Shown piece after piece: positions 53,187 through 64,000 of a DNA stretch of 64,000 bases (position 1 is the first letter of the stretch; every line of letters begins with the position of its first letter). This DNA comes from Ophelia neglecta. Taxonomy: Eukaryota. The position numbers and the translations under genes are program-made. The stretch is from the NCBI GenBank assembly GCA_965285935.1, contig OZ260667.1, forward strand, positions 62,062,001-62,126,000, written 5' to 3'. The notes below the pieces were generated by a model that searched no databases, had not been told where the DNA came from, and was given only the letters and a program-made list of their open reading frames with translations.

Positions 53187-55094
53187 GGCTTTATGTAATC
53201 ATGTCGATAGGAAAGACAGGTTCTGGTGCCTTTTTTCTAAGATATGCTCCGGTTGCTGTTGCTTTGAGAAAGGTACTGTTCCTTGTTTGTAGGAGATAGT
53301 GTTGGTAAAAGGGACATGTTCCGGTGTTCCTGTTGGTAGGAGGTGCAGGTTCCAGTTCCTGTCTGTAGAGGAAAGAGGTGCCAATTGTTATTGTTGGTTG
53401 GAGGCTAATACGGATTTTTATGCTAGTAGGGTAGACAAGGCCCTGTTCACTTGGTTGGGGAAACAGATTCCTGGTGCTCCTCTTGGTAGTGAAGAGATTC
53501 CGGGATTTCCTGTCGGCAAAAGGATCAGGTCATGGTGTTCCTGTTGGAAGGAGAGGTTTCCGTTCATTTTGGTTCACAATTTCATTACATTGATGATAAA
53601 GGTGTGTATGGGTAGCAATACATGAAATTTCTCATTGTCACACCCACGACTTCTCTTTTAAACACTATTAAACACTATTATATACGGTCCTTTCTTCGCC
53701 ATACGAGGACACATTATATTGAACTTTGCGCCCTATCTATTTTGGCTATTTCGCTACAATCGCAATAGTCTACAAAGGGAAAGGTATTTTATCATAGTAT
53801 TTCATGTATGAAAGGTCAAATATTATTTGCAGCGAAATATTATTTTTACAGTTTTTTCATTAACCGAGGATCGAGTTACTTTGGTTTTGATGTCAACAAT
53901 AATGTAATTTTTAAGTACTTAAATATTACAAATACATCGTAATATACAAATTAGGTATTTAGAGAATAACAATAACACCATATTATACATTTCAGGGTAT
54001 GTGCCGTTTCAATCGGTCCAAGAAGCAACAGGTAGGATACTACTTTGGTACTCATATTAAACTCATATATATCAATCCGCCAACCATTGTTTTCTACTTA
54101 CTAACCACAAATCACAATAATATGACTCCTATGGGGCTTCCCTATCATCCAGACGTTGTTTAATTTTAACGTGTGATATAGTTTTAGCGCAGGTCCTGTC
54201 ATGTTGGTGAACGATGGTCCACTTAGTTAAATCAATGGTGCAAATGAGATGTTATCATTTTGGCAATTAATAATTAACATTAATTGTTGTACATTCCCAC
54301 TGGTTAATCTGGTATGCCGGGGAGGTAAGGCCAATTCTATTCTTTCTTCAAGTTGTAAAATACAGTTCTAGAACAATAATGAAATGTGCCCATCGTATTG
54401 GAGGTCAATTAATAGTTGTTTGTTAGGGGGTTCTCATCAAGGACATATTTGAATCATCGAGGCAAATTCCTGGCAAATGTAGATATGCAGCACTCCTTTG
54501 CTGAACTCCTTTTCGAAATTATAAATGATTTTGTGGAAGTGTAATAGTTGAAAGGGGTTTGTTTGTGAGTGCTAACAAAGTAGTACACGGCGGATGTGGG
54601 AAGAGCAAAGCCACTTTTCTATGACATGCCATTTTAATGAGTTTCATACTACTCAAAGCAAAAGGTTGTTTGGCGTTTTTCAATAAGAATGCTCTTAACC
54701 TAAGGACGCAATATATTTAAATCCAATTTAAATTCTTACCTTTTCTTTTAGCCTTAATCACCACCACAGGACGATTTCTGTCAGCCTCTTCTTCATATCA
54801 ATCTCGAGCGGATCACGGGCCTCAATGTTCGGTTCTCGGTGTCCCTACCCCTGGCAGCTGTTACAGCGTTGCTTGGGCATCTGACTCGCCGATGGTCAAT
54901 GATTGGATTCAGGTGGGCTGGCATTGTTCTGGGCCATTTGGTTTAAACAGAAAGTAGCGATGTAACTCCCTATTGACATGGGTTGCTAGAGGTGTTGAGT
55001 GATGGTTGTGTGTGAAACGCACTATCTTATCGGAATGTTTGATATTTTGAACAAATATGTGTTCAGTATGCATAAGTGTGATACTCCGTTATAT

Positions 55095-55316
55095 ATAAAA
55101 GGCGCAGAAAATTCATCGGGATGCATAAAATGTTGTACTTATTACATTAACTTCATATAATGTCCTATATATTAACCTGCCTGTCTTATACAATTATTAC
55201 TGTATAAACTTATTTTTGGTATCTAAATTTTGTGGTATACAGTTCATATGATTACTGCTGATATTGTTTCATACACACAAGAATGTATTTTCTTAGTGCC
55301 AATAAACAAACAAACA
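55095..55316 (+). mobile_element. Probable short retroposed 3'-end fragment in G7 intron 3
   Basis: Sequence is absent from paralogous introns and ends in AATAAA(CAAA)2CA. The 5' boundary is approximate. Confidence 0.4.
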
Positions 55317-58300
55317 GTATTAAATCACACAAATACAATTAATTGAATCACTAATTTTTATAGATTATAACGAGGCAAAATAGAACTTACTATTTGAATT
55401 TACTGATTTCCATTTTCACAATAATTTACTATGGATCATTTGAATGTAAAGGAGAATTAAGGATCATCTGAAATAGAAGAGAAAATTAATGCAGGAGAAG
55501 AATTATTAATTCTAATTAATTTTTAATTGATATGTTATTTGGTTATGATTGCAGGCGGATCTAGGTATACCTTACGCAATATTCGCCATTGCCACAAAAG
55601 GGCGCAAAACTGACATCTCACAGTGGGTAACATCATACAAGCTAGCCACCTATGACGGAAGTGAGGTTATATTTTACCCCAATGAGGTAGAAGAAACAGC
55701 CAAGGTAAAGCACAGGAAGCGTATCTAGAAAATCTCAATTGTTATTACTAAATGACTTATATAATCATGTGGCCAAATGATCGCCGCTTATTTTCTGAAA
55801 ATTGACAGTTTAGAGTATGTTAAAATTTTATTATATCGGTGTAAGTATTATACCTAGATACTATTTATATCCTGCGTTGCGAGCAAATGTCTCTCTACCA
55901 AAATCTAAGACTACCTAAGCCCAGCGAACCTGTTGTGCTAGTACATTATGCCATTTAAGGTTATATTACATATAATAATGTGTTCTCCGCCATAAAGCTA
56001 TTCTACATAATAAAGAGGATTTTCAATGTAAGGTTGTATTTCTCATATGCAAATGTCTCTAATATAAAGTTATACTTAGTAACGGTTGTCGGACATAAGT
56101 TTATATTACCTATATCTAAATAACCCTGAAGTAGTTATATAATCCTTTCAAAAGCTTCTGCAGTATCTTATGAATATCCGTTAACTACCACTTGTGCACA
56201 TTTGACATACGTCGTTTATTCTTTCTTCAGCTTTTCAGTGGCAACTACGACAAGTATACGGAAGTGAGGCATACCCTGTGTCCCCCTCTAGTGGCCAGAA
56301 GAGTAAGGCTGTATCCCATTACGTACAGCGGTCACTGTAGTCTCAGGTGGGAGCTGTACAGCTTCGCAGCTGCCTAAATTGAACGGAAACGGAATAATCT
56401 GCACGAAATATGAATGAACTGATAATATAACAAACTATTACGAAAACTGATTGTGATATCCACTGTTAGATGACCCAGTACACGTTTACGACCTCCAAAC
56501 GACCTTGGACAATGATCCTGACGCTCTGCTTATATACTGATTAATCTTTACATTGTTAAATATATATCAATATCGAAGGATTCTGTGCGAACAAGGTTAA
56601 ATTCAACATAATAATATGTTTGCCATATAACCTTGTTAACTATGGAAATCACGCATGGAATTCAGTGCAGTTTGACGAACTCCAATCATCATTGGACATT
56701 GATTGAATTGCTCTTTGTTTAATCTTTACATAGTAGGCCATATATTGTGCAAACAAGGTTATATTATTACGTTATAATGTCTGGAACAAAGCCTAGATTA
56801 CCATGGAAACATGTGGGTGTAATATGTATTTAGGAATATCATGTAGTTTAGTACTAGTTTAGTTTAGTACACGCTAGTCTTTTCTGCATTGTTTGTTTAA
56901 ATGATTACTTCTTTCAGGTATGTTACCCAATTATCTTTACAAGAATACCTTGCGAGCCTCAGGGTTTTATCTCCAGGAAAAGCAACATTACCAAATCTAG
57001 GGAAAGCAGTTAATAAATTTACGTCCTTCTTGTAATTCAGCTGGGAAATTATTGGGCTTTGAGTTTTGACTACGAGATTTAATGTAATAATCTTACATTC
57101 TGAAATTATTCTACGGAAGAATTATCAGGTTTTGATAATACTAAGGTTTTAACTCGGCCTGAGCTGTCTAGGGCTACCCTCATGGGACCAGAATAACAAA
57201 GGAATCCTTATAGAGCAACATTCCTGCCTCTGCATGATTTAAACACAAACATCTATGATTTTTCTGCCGTTAAGCAATTCACACAAGTGACCGTTGGCGG
57301 TGTAGAACTATGCCCTGGCCCACCTCCGAAAAGAATAACACGTAATTATAGAGTACAAATCGTTAAGATTTTGTCCTGTATATTCTTAAAAGGTTCTAAC
57401 ATAAGTTGACTTAAATTTAGTTACCCGGGTTTCAATTAGGTCCCGGGTTCTCCTGTCTATAACTATGATAGTCTCTTTGGAGTTTTGCATCAGCTGTGAT
57501 TTGTTTCCATGATTTTTAGAACATATGTGCAACCAATACCACTGAGGCTTTAGATAATAGGCTTTAGAGCTCTGCCCTGAAGTGTGCCAGTAGGACAAGG
57601 TTGCGTAGAGGGCATACTGTGAAATCACATCAGTGCAGAGGCGGCGTTTCTTGTGCATCTCAAGCCAAATGTTTATATCGGACACCCATTCATAATCCTT
57701 GACCATGTATATCATACAATTATTACTATCGTAGCCGGTTAGAGACACGTTCAGACTCTAGTGCGGATATCGGGTAACTATTTAAGGTGCTATAAGTATG
57801 GGTTGCACAAAATCGAGTTCGTTATGAACCACCTGATGCAACTAAGTAAACGGAACATTTTCGCAACAAACAGAATTGAGGTTTGGTAGGATTCATGGCG
57901 AATGTGCCCTCAGCTGTCTGAGAAGAGGAGGGCTGTGTAGAGGGGTTTTTGTAAGACCATAGCAGTAAGTAATCTAGACAAGGCATCCCTAGATATGTAC
58001 TGTTTTAAGCAGGAACAATGTTAATATTAATGATGCAATAGCAGTAAATATCGCAAGGAAACTAAGAGTCGCCTTACACTCATAACAGGCTGGTAACGGT
58101 TCATCGCCGGGCGGAAGCAGGGAGGGGGGGGGGGGGTTCATGAGTGTGCAAAAAAGCAGAACATCTTGCACGTTAAAAGTATATATTATTTTGAGATAAT
58201 ATAAGTCAGGTAGATATAAAAATAATGTAAAGATGGTAGCATAATGTAAAGTCTGTACAATCTAAGTCAAACACAATGGCAGACTGGTAATTATTTGTAG

Positions 58301-59608
58301 AATTTAAGGCATAGTTGCAGCTATTTCCCAAATGATGAAAAATTAAACCAGTGAATCAAACATGACCACTTGGGTGCAGCACTGTCAACACCAATGAAAT
58401 AAATGAAATAAAATGGTGAGTAGTAATGTTATGGTATCCATTTGGCAAATAGGAACCAATTCTGCCGTGAAAGCTGAGCCTCAAAGTAGTATTTTGAAAG
58501 TTAAGAAGTAGTGCTATAATTTCAATATGATATGTAAGAAGTTAGTACGAAATATTATGTTTAATATTGTTGATGATATTTGCCCAACGCACTTTGTCAA
58601 AAAGTTTTAAATTATTTGTACTCATCCCGGCATCATCCCAGAGACTTACACTATGTTAATAACCCCGACACTGATACTTACCCTGCCCTAGTCGTTGGAT
58701 CGAGGTCGATGTCGGCAGAGTTAACTGTATACGAATTGAATTTGATTACATTAAAACGAAATGTAAGTAGTTTTGGACTGGAACGTAACGAACGCTTATG
58801 AGACAACATGCAGTTTATTCACAGAACACACCGGAAACACACCCAAATCAACTTGCAGGGACAACTGGTATCCATTGAATTCTTGACTATCTACGGTATA
58901 TGTACACGCATGTTACTTAGATAGCTCGCTCTGCTGCCTCTTCGCTGCTGCTAGAGAGATCTCTATATACATAGGTTGCACAAACAATTCGCTATGAACA
59001 ACCTGATAGCGTGGGTGTTGAACTGATCGAAACAACATTATAGTATTCAATTCCAACTGTATCACCTGCATGAATATCTAATACCTGATAGCCATGATAC
59101 TAGGAGGATCGATGGATACGCTTTTAATCACTAAGGGCCATGTCATGTAAAGAAGTGGAGGATGTCGAAAATGGGCTAAGTAGTAAAGAGGCATAAACGC
59201 ACCGACAAAACAACATAATATTGCCTGGTCACCGTCATCACGTATTGTGTTGTTTCTATCTAATCACACATGACTCCATTAGGTTTGTTGTCGTAAAGTG
59301 TTTTCCAGCTGAAGACTATGTACACTGCCATTGTGTTTATGAAAGCTGCAATAAACACGGAGCAATTATCATCGATCTTTTCAGTGTTTTACATATACTT
59401 CTTCATATAGTTTCCAGGTCTGGGGGGTATTATATTGTCGTCTTTCATATTTTGTCTATTTAGTTAATAAGAATGTGTGTCATTTGCCAGTCTTAGAATC
59501 GTTGGCAACTACATATAGGCTAGTCAAACTAGTTGTGATAACACAATGACACCATCGTTGACCAGATGGGGCGCAACTTTATAAACATACAGTAGCACTG
59601 TTAGCGAC

Positions 59609-62296
59609 ATGGATGGACGAGACAAGTTCCAGCTATTTCTGTTCATGACTCTACTAGTGACTTGTGTGTTCTGCGCCGAATGTGAATTTGTTTCCTTGCA
59701 ATTTAGTAAGGGGAAAATATGCACAGCAAACACACTTGAGGTTTTAGTTAAGAGTCATGCAGAATGTGCCGTAAAATGTCTGAGCCGAGGAGGGCTGTGC
59801 AGAGGGTATTTTGTGGGACCGCATCAGGGCGGAGATGGCTTTCTTTGTGATATAGACTCAGGCAACACTAGTACTCTGCTTTATTATACAAAAACAGTCA
59901 CTGGAAAGGACTTCTATCAAGGTAATCATTTATTTTATTGAGAGTCGTTTACAGATATAACATTTTATGTAATGGCTTGCGGGTTGCATATACTTTATGT
60001 ATGGAGGTTTGAAATGTTTCTATCGATGTTTAATCCAAACATACAAACAAGTCAAGCAATTTGAGCGCATGAAATAGCCGTTATATTCCTTGTATTCATG
60101 AAATGTTTTTCTATTAACGCTTAGTGGAACTGCTTGATCTAAATGTTTCACTGTTAAAAAAATCATTAAGAAATTAATCATGACCACTTTTCATAGCAAA
60201 AGTTAAAATAGAATGTAATGACACAGGAGAAGTAGCTGTTTCAGGGTTCCATTAATTATTTGCTATTACTAATATATAAAATATAAAGTGTATTTGTAAA
60301 TGGAATTCACAACTCCTATGTTTACAGAGCAGTTTAAGGAACAGCATTTCCTTCCCATATATTCACCGAACAATTGGATACAATTAGTCTAGATGGTTCC
60401 ACAATAAGTATCCTTATATTATAATAAATGATTTTATATTTCAGAAGCAGCAGGCATTCGTTCGGTGGAAGAGGCAGCACGTAAGTCAAACTAGAGACAA
60501 CTCCTAACAGGAATACGTTAACAATTGAATATGTTATTAGAGATGAGTAATTTAATGGTTATTTCTTCTTAGAAATGACCGATAATATAAATTTTATTGT
60601 ATCTGTTCAAGGCATTACGGGGTACAATATAGACTGTTGGCTTTTTATAACGCACACTTAGTGTCTAGTATATATTTTCAAAGCCGCTCACGAATACTAG
60701 AGATGTTTTTATTCCGGGGATAAACTAGGACATTAAGTTATCAGCATGGTAATGGAAGAAGCAAAAAATACCTAACCATTACCTTCCCTGTTAAGTGACG
60801 TGGATCTCTTTTCGTAACTAGCAGAGCCAAGGGTTCGCTCAAAATATATATCTTTGCCCCTCGATACGCCCTAATCAACGTCCGTGTTCCGATCTCCGAA
60901 TACAGCCTTGATCACCACCACAGGAGAACTTCTGTCAGCCTCCTCGTCATGGCCGTATGTACAAAATCACGGACCTCAATGTTCGGTTCTCGGAGTCCCT
61001 ACACCAGCAGATTGTTACATGGCATGGGTTTCTAGCAACTCTTCGGGAGGGGATTGGATTCAGGTACACTGAGTTTATTTTCGGATGTCTTTGGTTTGAA
61101 TAGTCAAAACTGGTGCTATGATATAAGAATGTATAGGCGTATTGTTTTCAGGGCTGTAAGTTAACGATATATAATGTTTATGGTGTTATCAGGTAATGAA
61201 CTATGTGAGTTAAGTTTGCTGTAAGTCGGGGTCAAAGGTTAGATTTGGTTTTCTGGGAAAGGGGGTATGTAAGGAGCGTGCCCTCAGTTGGCTGCCTAAC
61301 AGTCTAGTTAAAAAAAAACTTTATGTCAATAATGTTAATATTAGGTAATTTTTTATTAAGTCAATGTTTTATTTTGGGATGTATAATTTGAAATACTGGT
61401 TCATGTCGTCATAACTGTTAGTTATTACAAAAGGTTAGATTTTGTTTCTGAGGTAAGGAGAAGCGTTAGGAACGTCTATTACATTGGCAGTCTAATAGTC
61501 TAGTTAAAAAATTTGTTTAGTTCATGACAGTGTTGTTAATATAGGGCAATATTTAATAAAGTCAATGTTAGGTTTTAAGAAGTATAATTTATAATACTGG
61601 TTCATGTTTTGTAATTGGATACGTAGGCGGATCTCGGCAGTACCTATGATGTAGTTTCCATAGCAACACAAGGGCGGGGTGACGCGGCGCATTGGGTAAC
61701 GTCATTCAAATTGGCCGCCTATGAGGGTAATGCTGTCATATATTACCCCTCTGGAGAAGAAGAAACCGCCAAGGTGAGGCACTAAAAAGAACTTTCCAGA
61801 ATTTCTTATGCATCAATACCCAAACGTCTGATGTTCATATGCGAATTGGCACAGCTATTCCGTAGACAAGTGGTTATATCAGAAAACCTTCAGCATCCTT
61901 TCTGTATCGCCATTTTTCACAATGAGATTTTTTCACCATATGATCCTTTGACTCGTGCCTCCCAATTTCTTAATGAATCTCCGGTTCAAACAGAAGTTCT
62001 ATATTCAGTTATGGGTTTCATTTTAATAATATTAGGAATCTTATATATTTGGAAATAAATGTAGTGAGTCAATTTATATACTATGGCAGACGAATATTTT
62101 TTATTCAATAATGTTCATAGGAAAAATATATAGTTTTATTTTGTTCCAGGTTTTTGATGGAAACCTTGACCAAAAAACGACGGAAAAGCACACTTTGTGT
62201 CCAGTTCTGGTGACCAGGAGAGTAAGGCTGTATGTTTTTACATGCCACAGTATCTGTGGTCTCAGATGGGAGCTGTACGGCTTCGGGGCTGCTTGA
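59609..62296 (+). CDS. G8: secreted PAN/Apple + F5/8 type C protein, subfamily B (266 aa)
   Basis: Exons 59609-59921, 60445-60480, 60906-61063, 61627-61773 and 62150-62296 (801 nt, open frame). Very close to G2. Confidence 0.88.
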
Positions 62297-62627
62297 TTGA
62301 AAAACGAATGCACACGAACATACGAACATACAATTAAGTAAATGTGAAGGGCGCTGTCAGATAATCCAGTGCATGTTAACGACCTTCAAACGACCTTGGA
62401 CATGAAACTTGACCCACTTTGCTTATAACCTGATTTATATTAGCATAATTACCATATTTTAATACCGAAGAAGATGAACCAGAACCCATTGTGTAAATTC
62501 TTTCTTTCCTTCAGTAAAATACTTCAAGCATACTATGTGTTTAAAATTGGCTGATTCATTGTTGTTTAATCAAGACTTCTCAGCTGTGTGGAGTTTCTGT
62601 TTAGTTTCAAAGAGACCGTCGCATCCT

Positions 62628-62862
62628 GGACCACCGTACCATAATATAAAACACATTCAACATTAACCATTTAATTGTCATGTCCCAACCCCACACTTAG
62701 ATATAAGGGATAAAATTTGTTGGACCACCGCACCATAATGTAAAACACATTTAATATTAACCATTTAATTGTCATGTCCCAACCTCACATTTAGATAGAA
62801 GGGATAAAATTTGTTAGACCACCGCACCATAATGCAAAAAACACATTTAATATTAACCATTT
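62628..62862. repeat. ~94-bp tandem repeat (~2.5 copies)
   Basis: gaccaccg(c/t)accataat recurs at ~62629, ~62723 and ~62817. Confidence 0.7.
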
Positions 62863-63374
62863 ATTAAATATACTGAATATTAACTTGTACTGCACTTGGA
62901 AATGAATATATTCCGTATAGTAGACTAGAACGTCAAATATTTCTCACAAAAGAAAAAAACGAACCACGGTGCATTGCGATAAATCCATTCAAACAAAACC
63001 AAGTGTAGAATCTGGAGAGATTTCCTGATTATTTCTTGAAATTAGAATACAACAAATACTTGGTATACGTGCATTTACAGATTATCTTTAAACGTTGTCT
63101 TATTGTTCAGACTCAAGTTATAACTAAGTTGCATTGTATATGTACGATCAAAGAAATCTAGATGGTTTCATTAGAATACTCGAGTGAAAAAAAGTTTTAA
63201 ATACAATTTCTTAACGGTATTTTTTGGCCATTCATTGCCTGTTAGAATGAGACTAGGCTTTAGTTTTGGTGTCAACAATAATGTAATTTTTAAGTACTTA
63301 AATATTACAAATACATCGTAGTATACACAATAGATATTTAGAGAATAACAATAACGCCATATTATACATTTCAG

Positions 63375-63410
63375 GGTATGTACCGTTTCAATCGGTCCAA
63401 GAAGCAACAG
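63375..63410 (+). other. G9: subfamily A micro-exon 2 of a headless gene continuing beyond the window
   Basis: ttcag|GGTATGTACCGTTTCAATCGGTCCAAGAAGCAACAG|gtagg. The downstream intron matches G1 1455-1890. No exon 1 lies between G8 and this exon. Confidence 0.7.
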
Positions 63411-64000
63411 GTAGGATACTACTTTGTTACTCATATCAAACTCATATATATCAATCCTCCAACCATTTTATTATACTTAATAACCACAATTCACAATAAT
63501 ATGACTCCTATGAGGCTGCCCTATCATCCAGACGTTGTTTAATTTTAACATGTGTGATATACTTTCAGCGGAGATAATGTCATGTTGGTGAACGATGGTC
63601 CACTTAGTTATAGCAACAGGTCCAAATGAGATTTTATCATTTATAATACAGTTCTCCATCGTTATGGAGGTCAACCCAATTAATAGTTATTTGTTAGGGT
63701 GCCCTCATCAAGGACATATTTTGAATCATCGAGGAAAATCCCTGGCAAATGTAGATATGCAGCACTTCTATGCTGAACTTTTCGAAATTATAAATGATTT
63801 TGTGGAAGTGTAATAGTTGAAAGGGGTTTGTTTGTGGGTGCTAACAAAGTAGTACACGGCGGATGTGGGAAGAGCAAAGCCACTTTTCTATGACATGCCG
63901 TTTCAATGAGTTTCATACTACTCAAAGCAAAAGGTTGTTTGGCGCTTTTCAATAAGATTGCTCTTAACCTATGGACGCAATATATATTTCAATCCAGGTT

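Larger units (their letters stand above)
44526..56377 (+). pseudogene. G7: subfamily A PAN-discoidin gene, 7-bp frameshift at the end of the signal peptide, LTR element in intron 1
   Basis: Exons 44526-44828 (303 = 310-7 nt), 53996-54031, 54752-54912, 55555-55704 and 56231-56377. gcgtcc(tgcgtcc)aa has collapsed to one unit at ~44588. The frame is otherwise open from ATG 44603. Confidence 0.75.

Overview
AT-rich eukaryotic (animal, most likely invertebrate; taxon is inference) genomic DNA with GT-AG introns. The window is a tandem, all plus-strand array of at least 9 paralogues (G1-G9) of a 5-exon gene for a small secreted protein of about 266 aa. Its layout is signal peptide + PAN/Apple-like domain (exon 1), a 36-nt linker micro-exon (exon 2) and one F5/8 type C (discoidin/FA58C) domain (exons 3-5). 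There are two subfamilies: A (MARRD/MERRD..., KGR loop) and B (MDGRD..., QGRGD loop). G2, G6 and G8 have intact 5-exon ORFs, and G1 is intact but lacks the micro-exon. G3, G5 and G7 carry lesions. G4 lost its PAN domain but may be rescued by an in-frame internal splice donor. G9 has no exon 1 and runs off the window end. About a dozen further decayed PAN-exon copies lie between and inside the genes. Two young retrotransposons sit in introns: an L2-like LINE (8185-12109, G2 intron 3) and a full-length Bel/Pao LTR element with 1149-bp LTRs and a GGCTT target-site duplication (45067-53186, G7 intron 1). There are also decayed non-LTR fragments and several minisatellites. All exon models and comparisons were made by eye; no database search was run.
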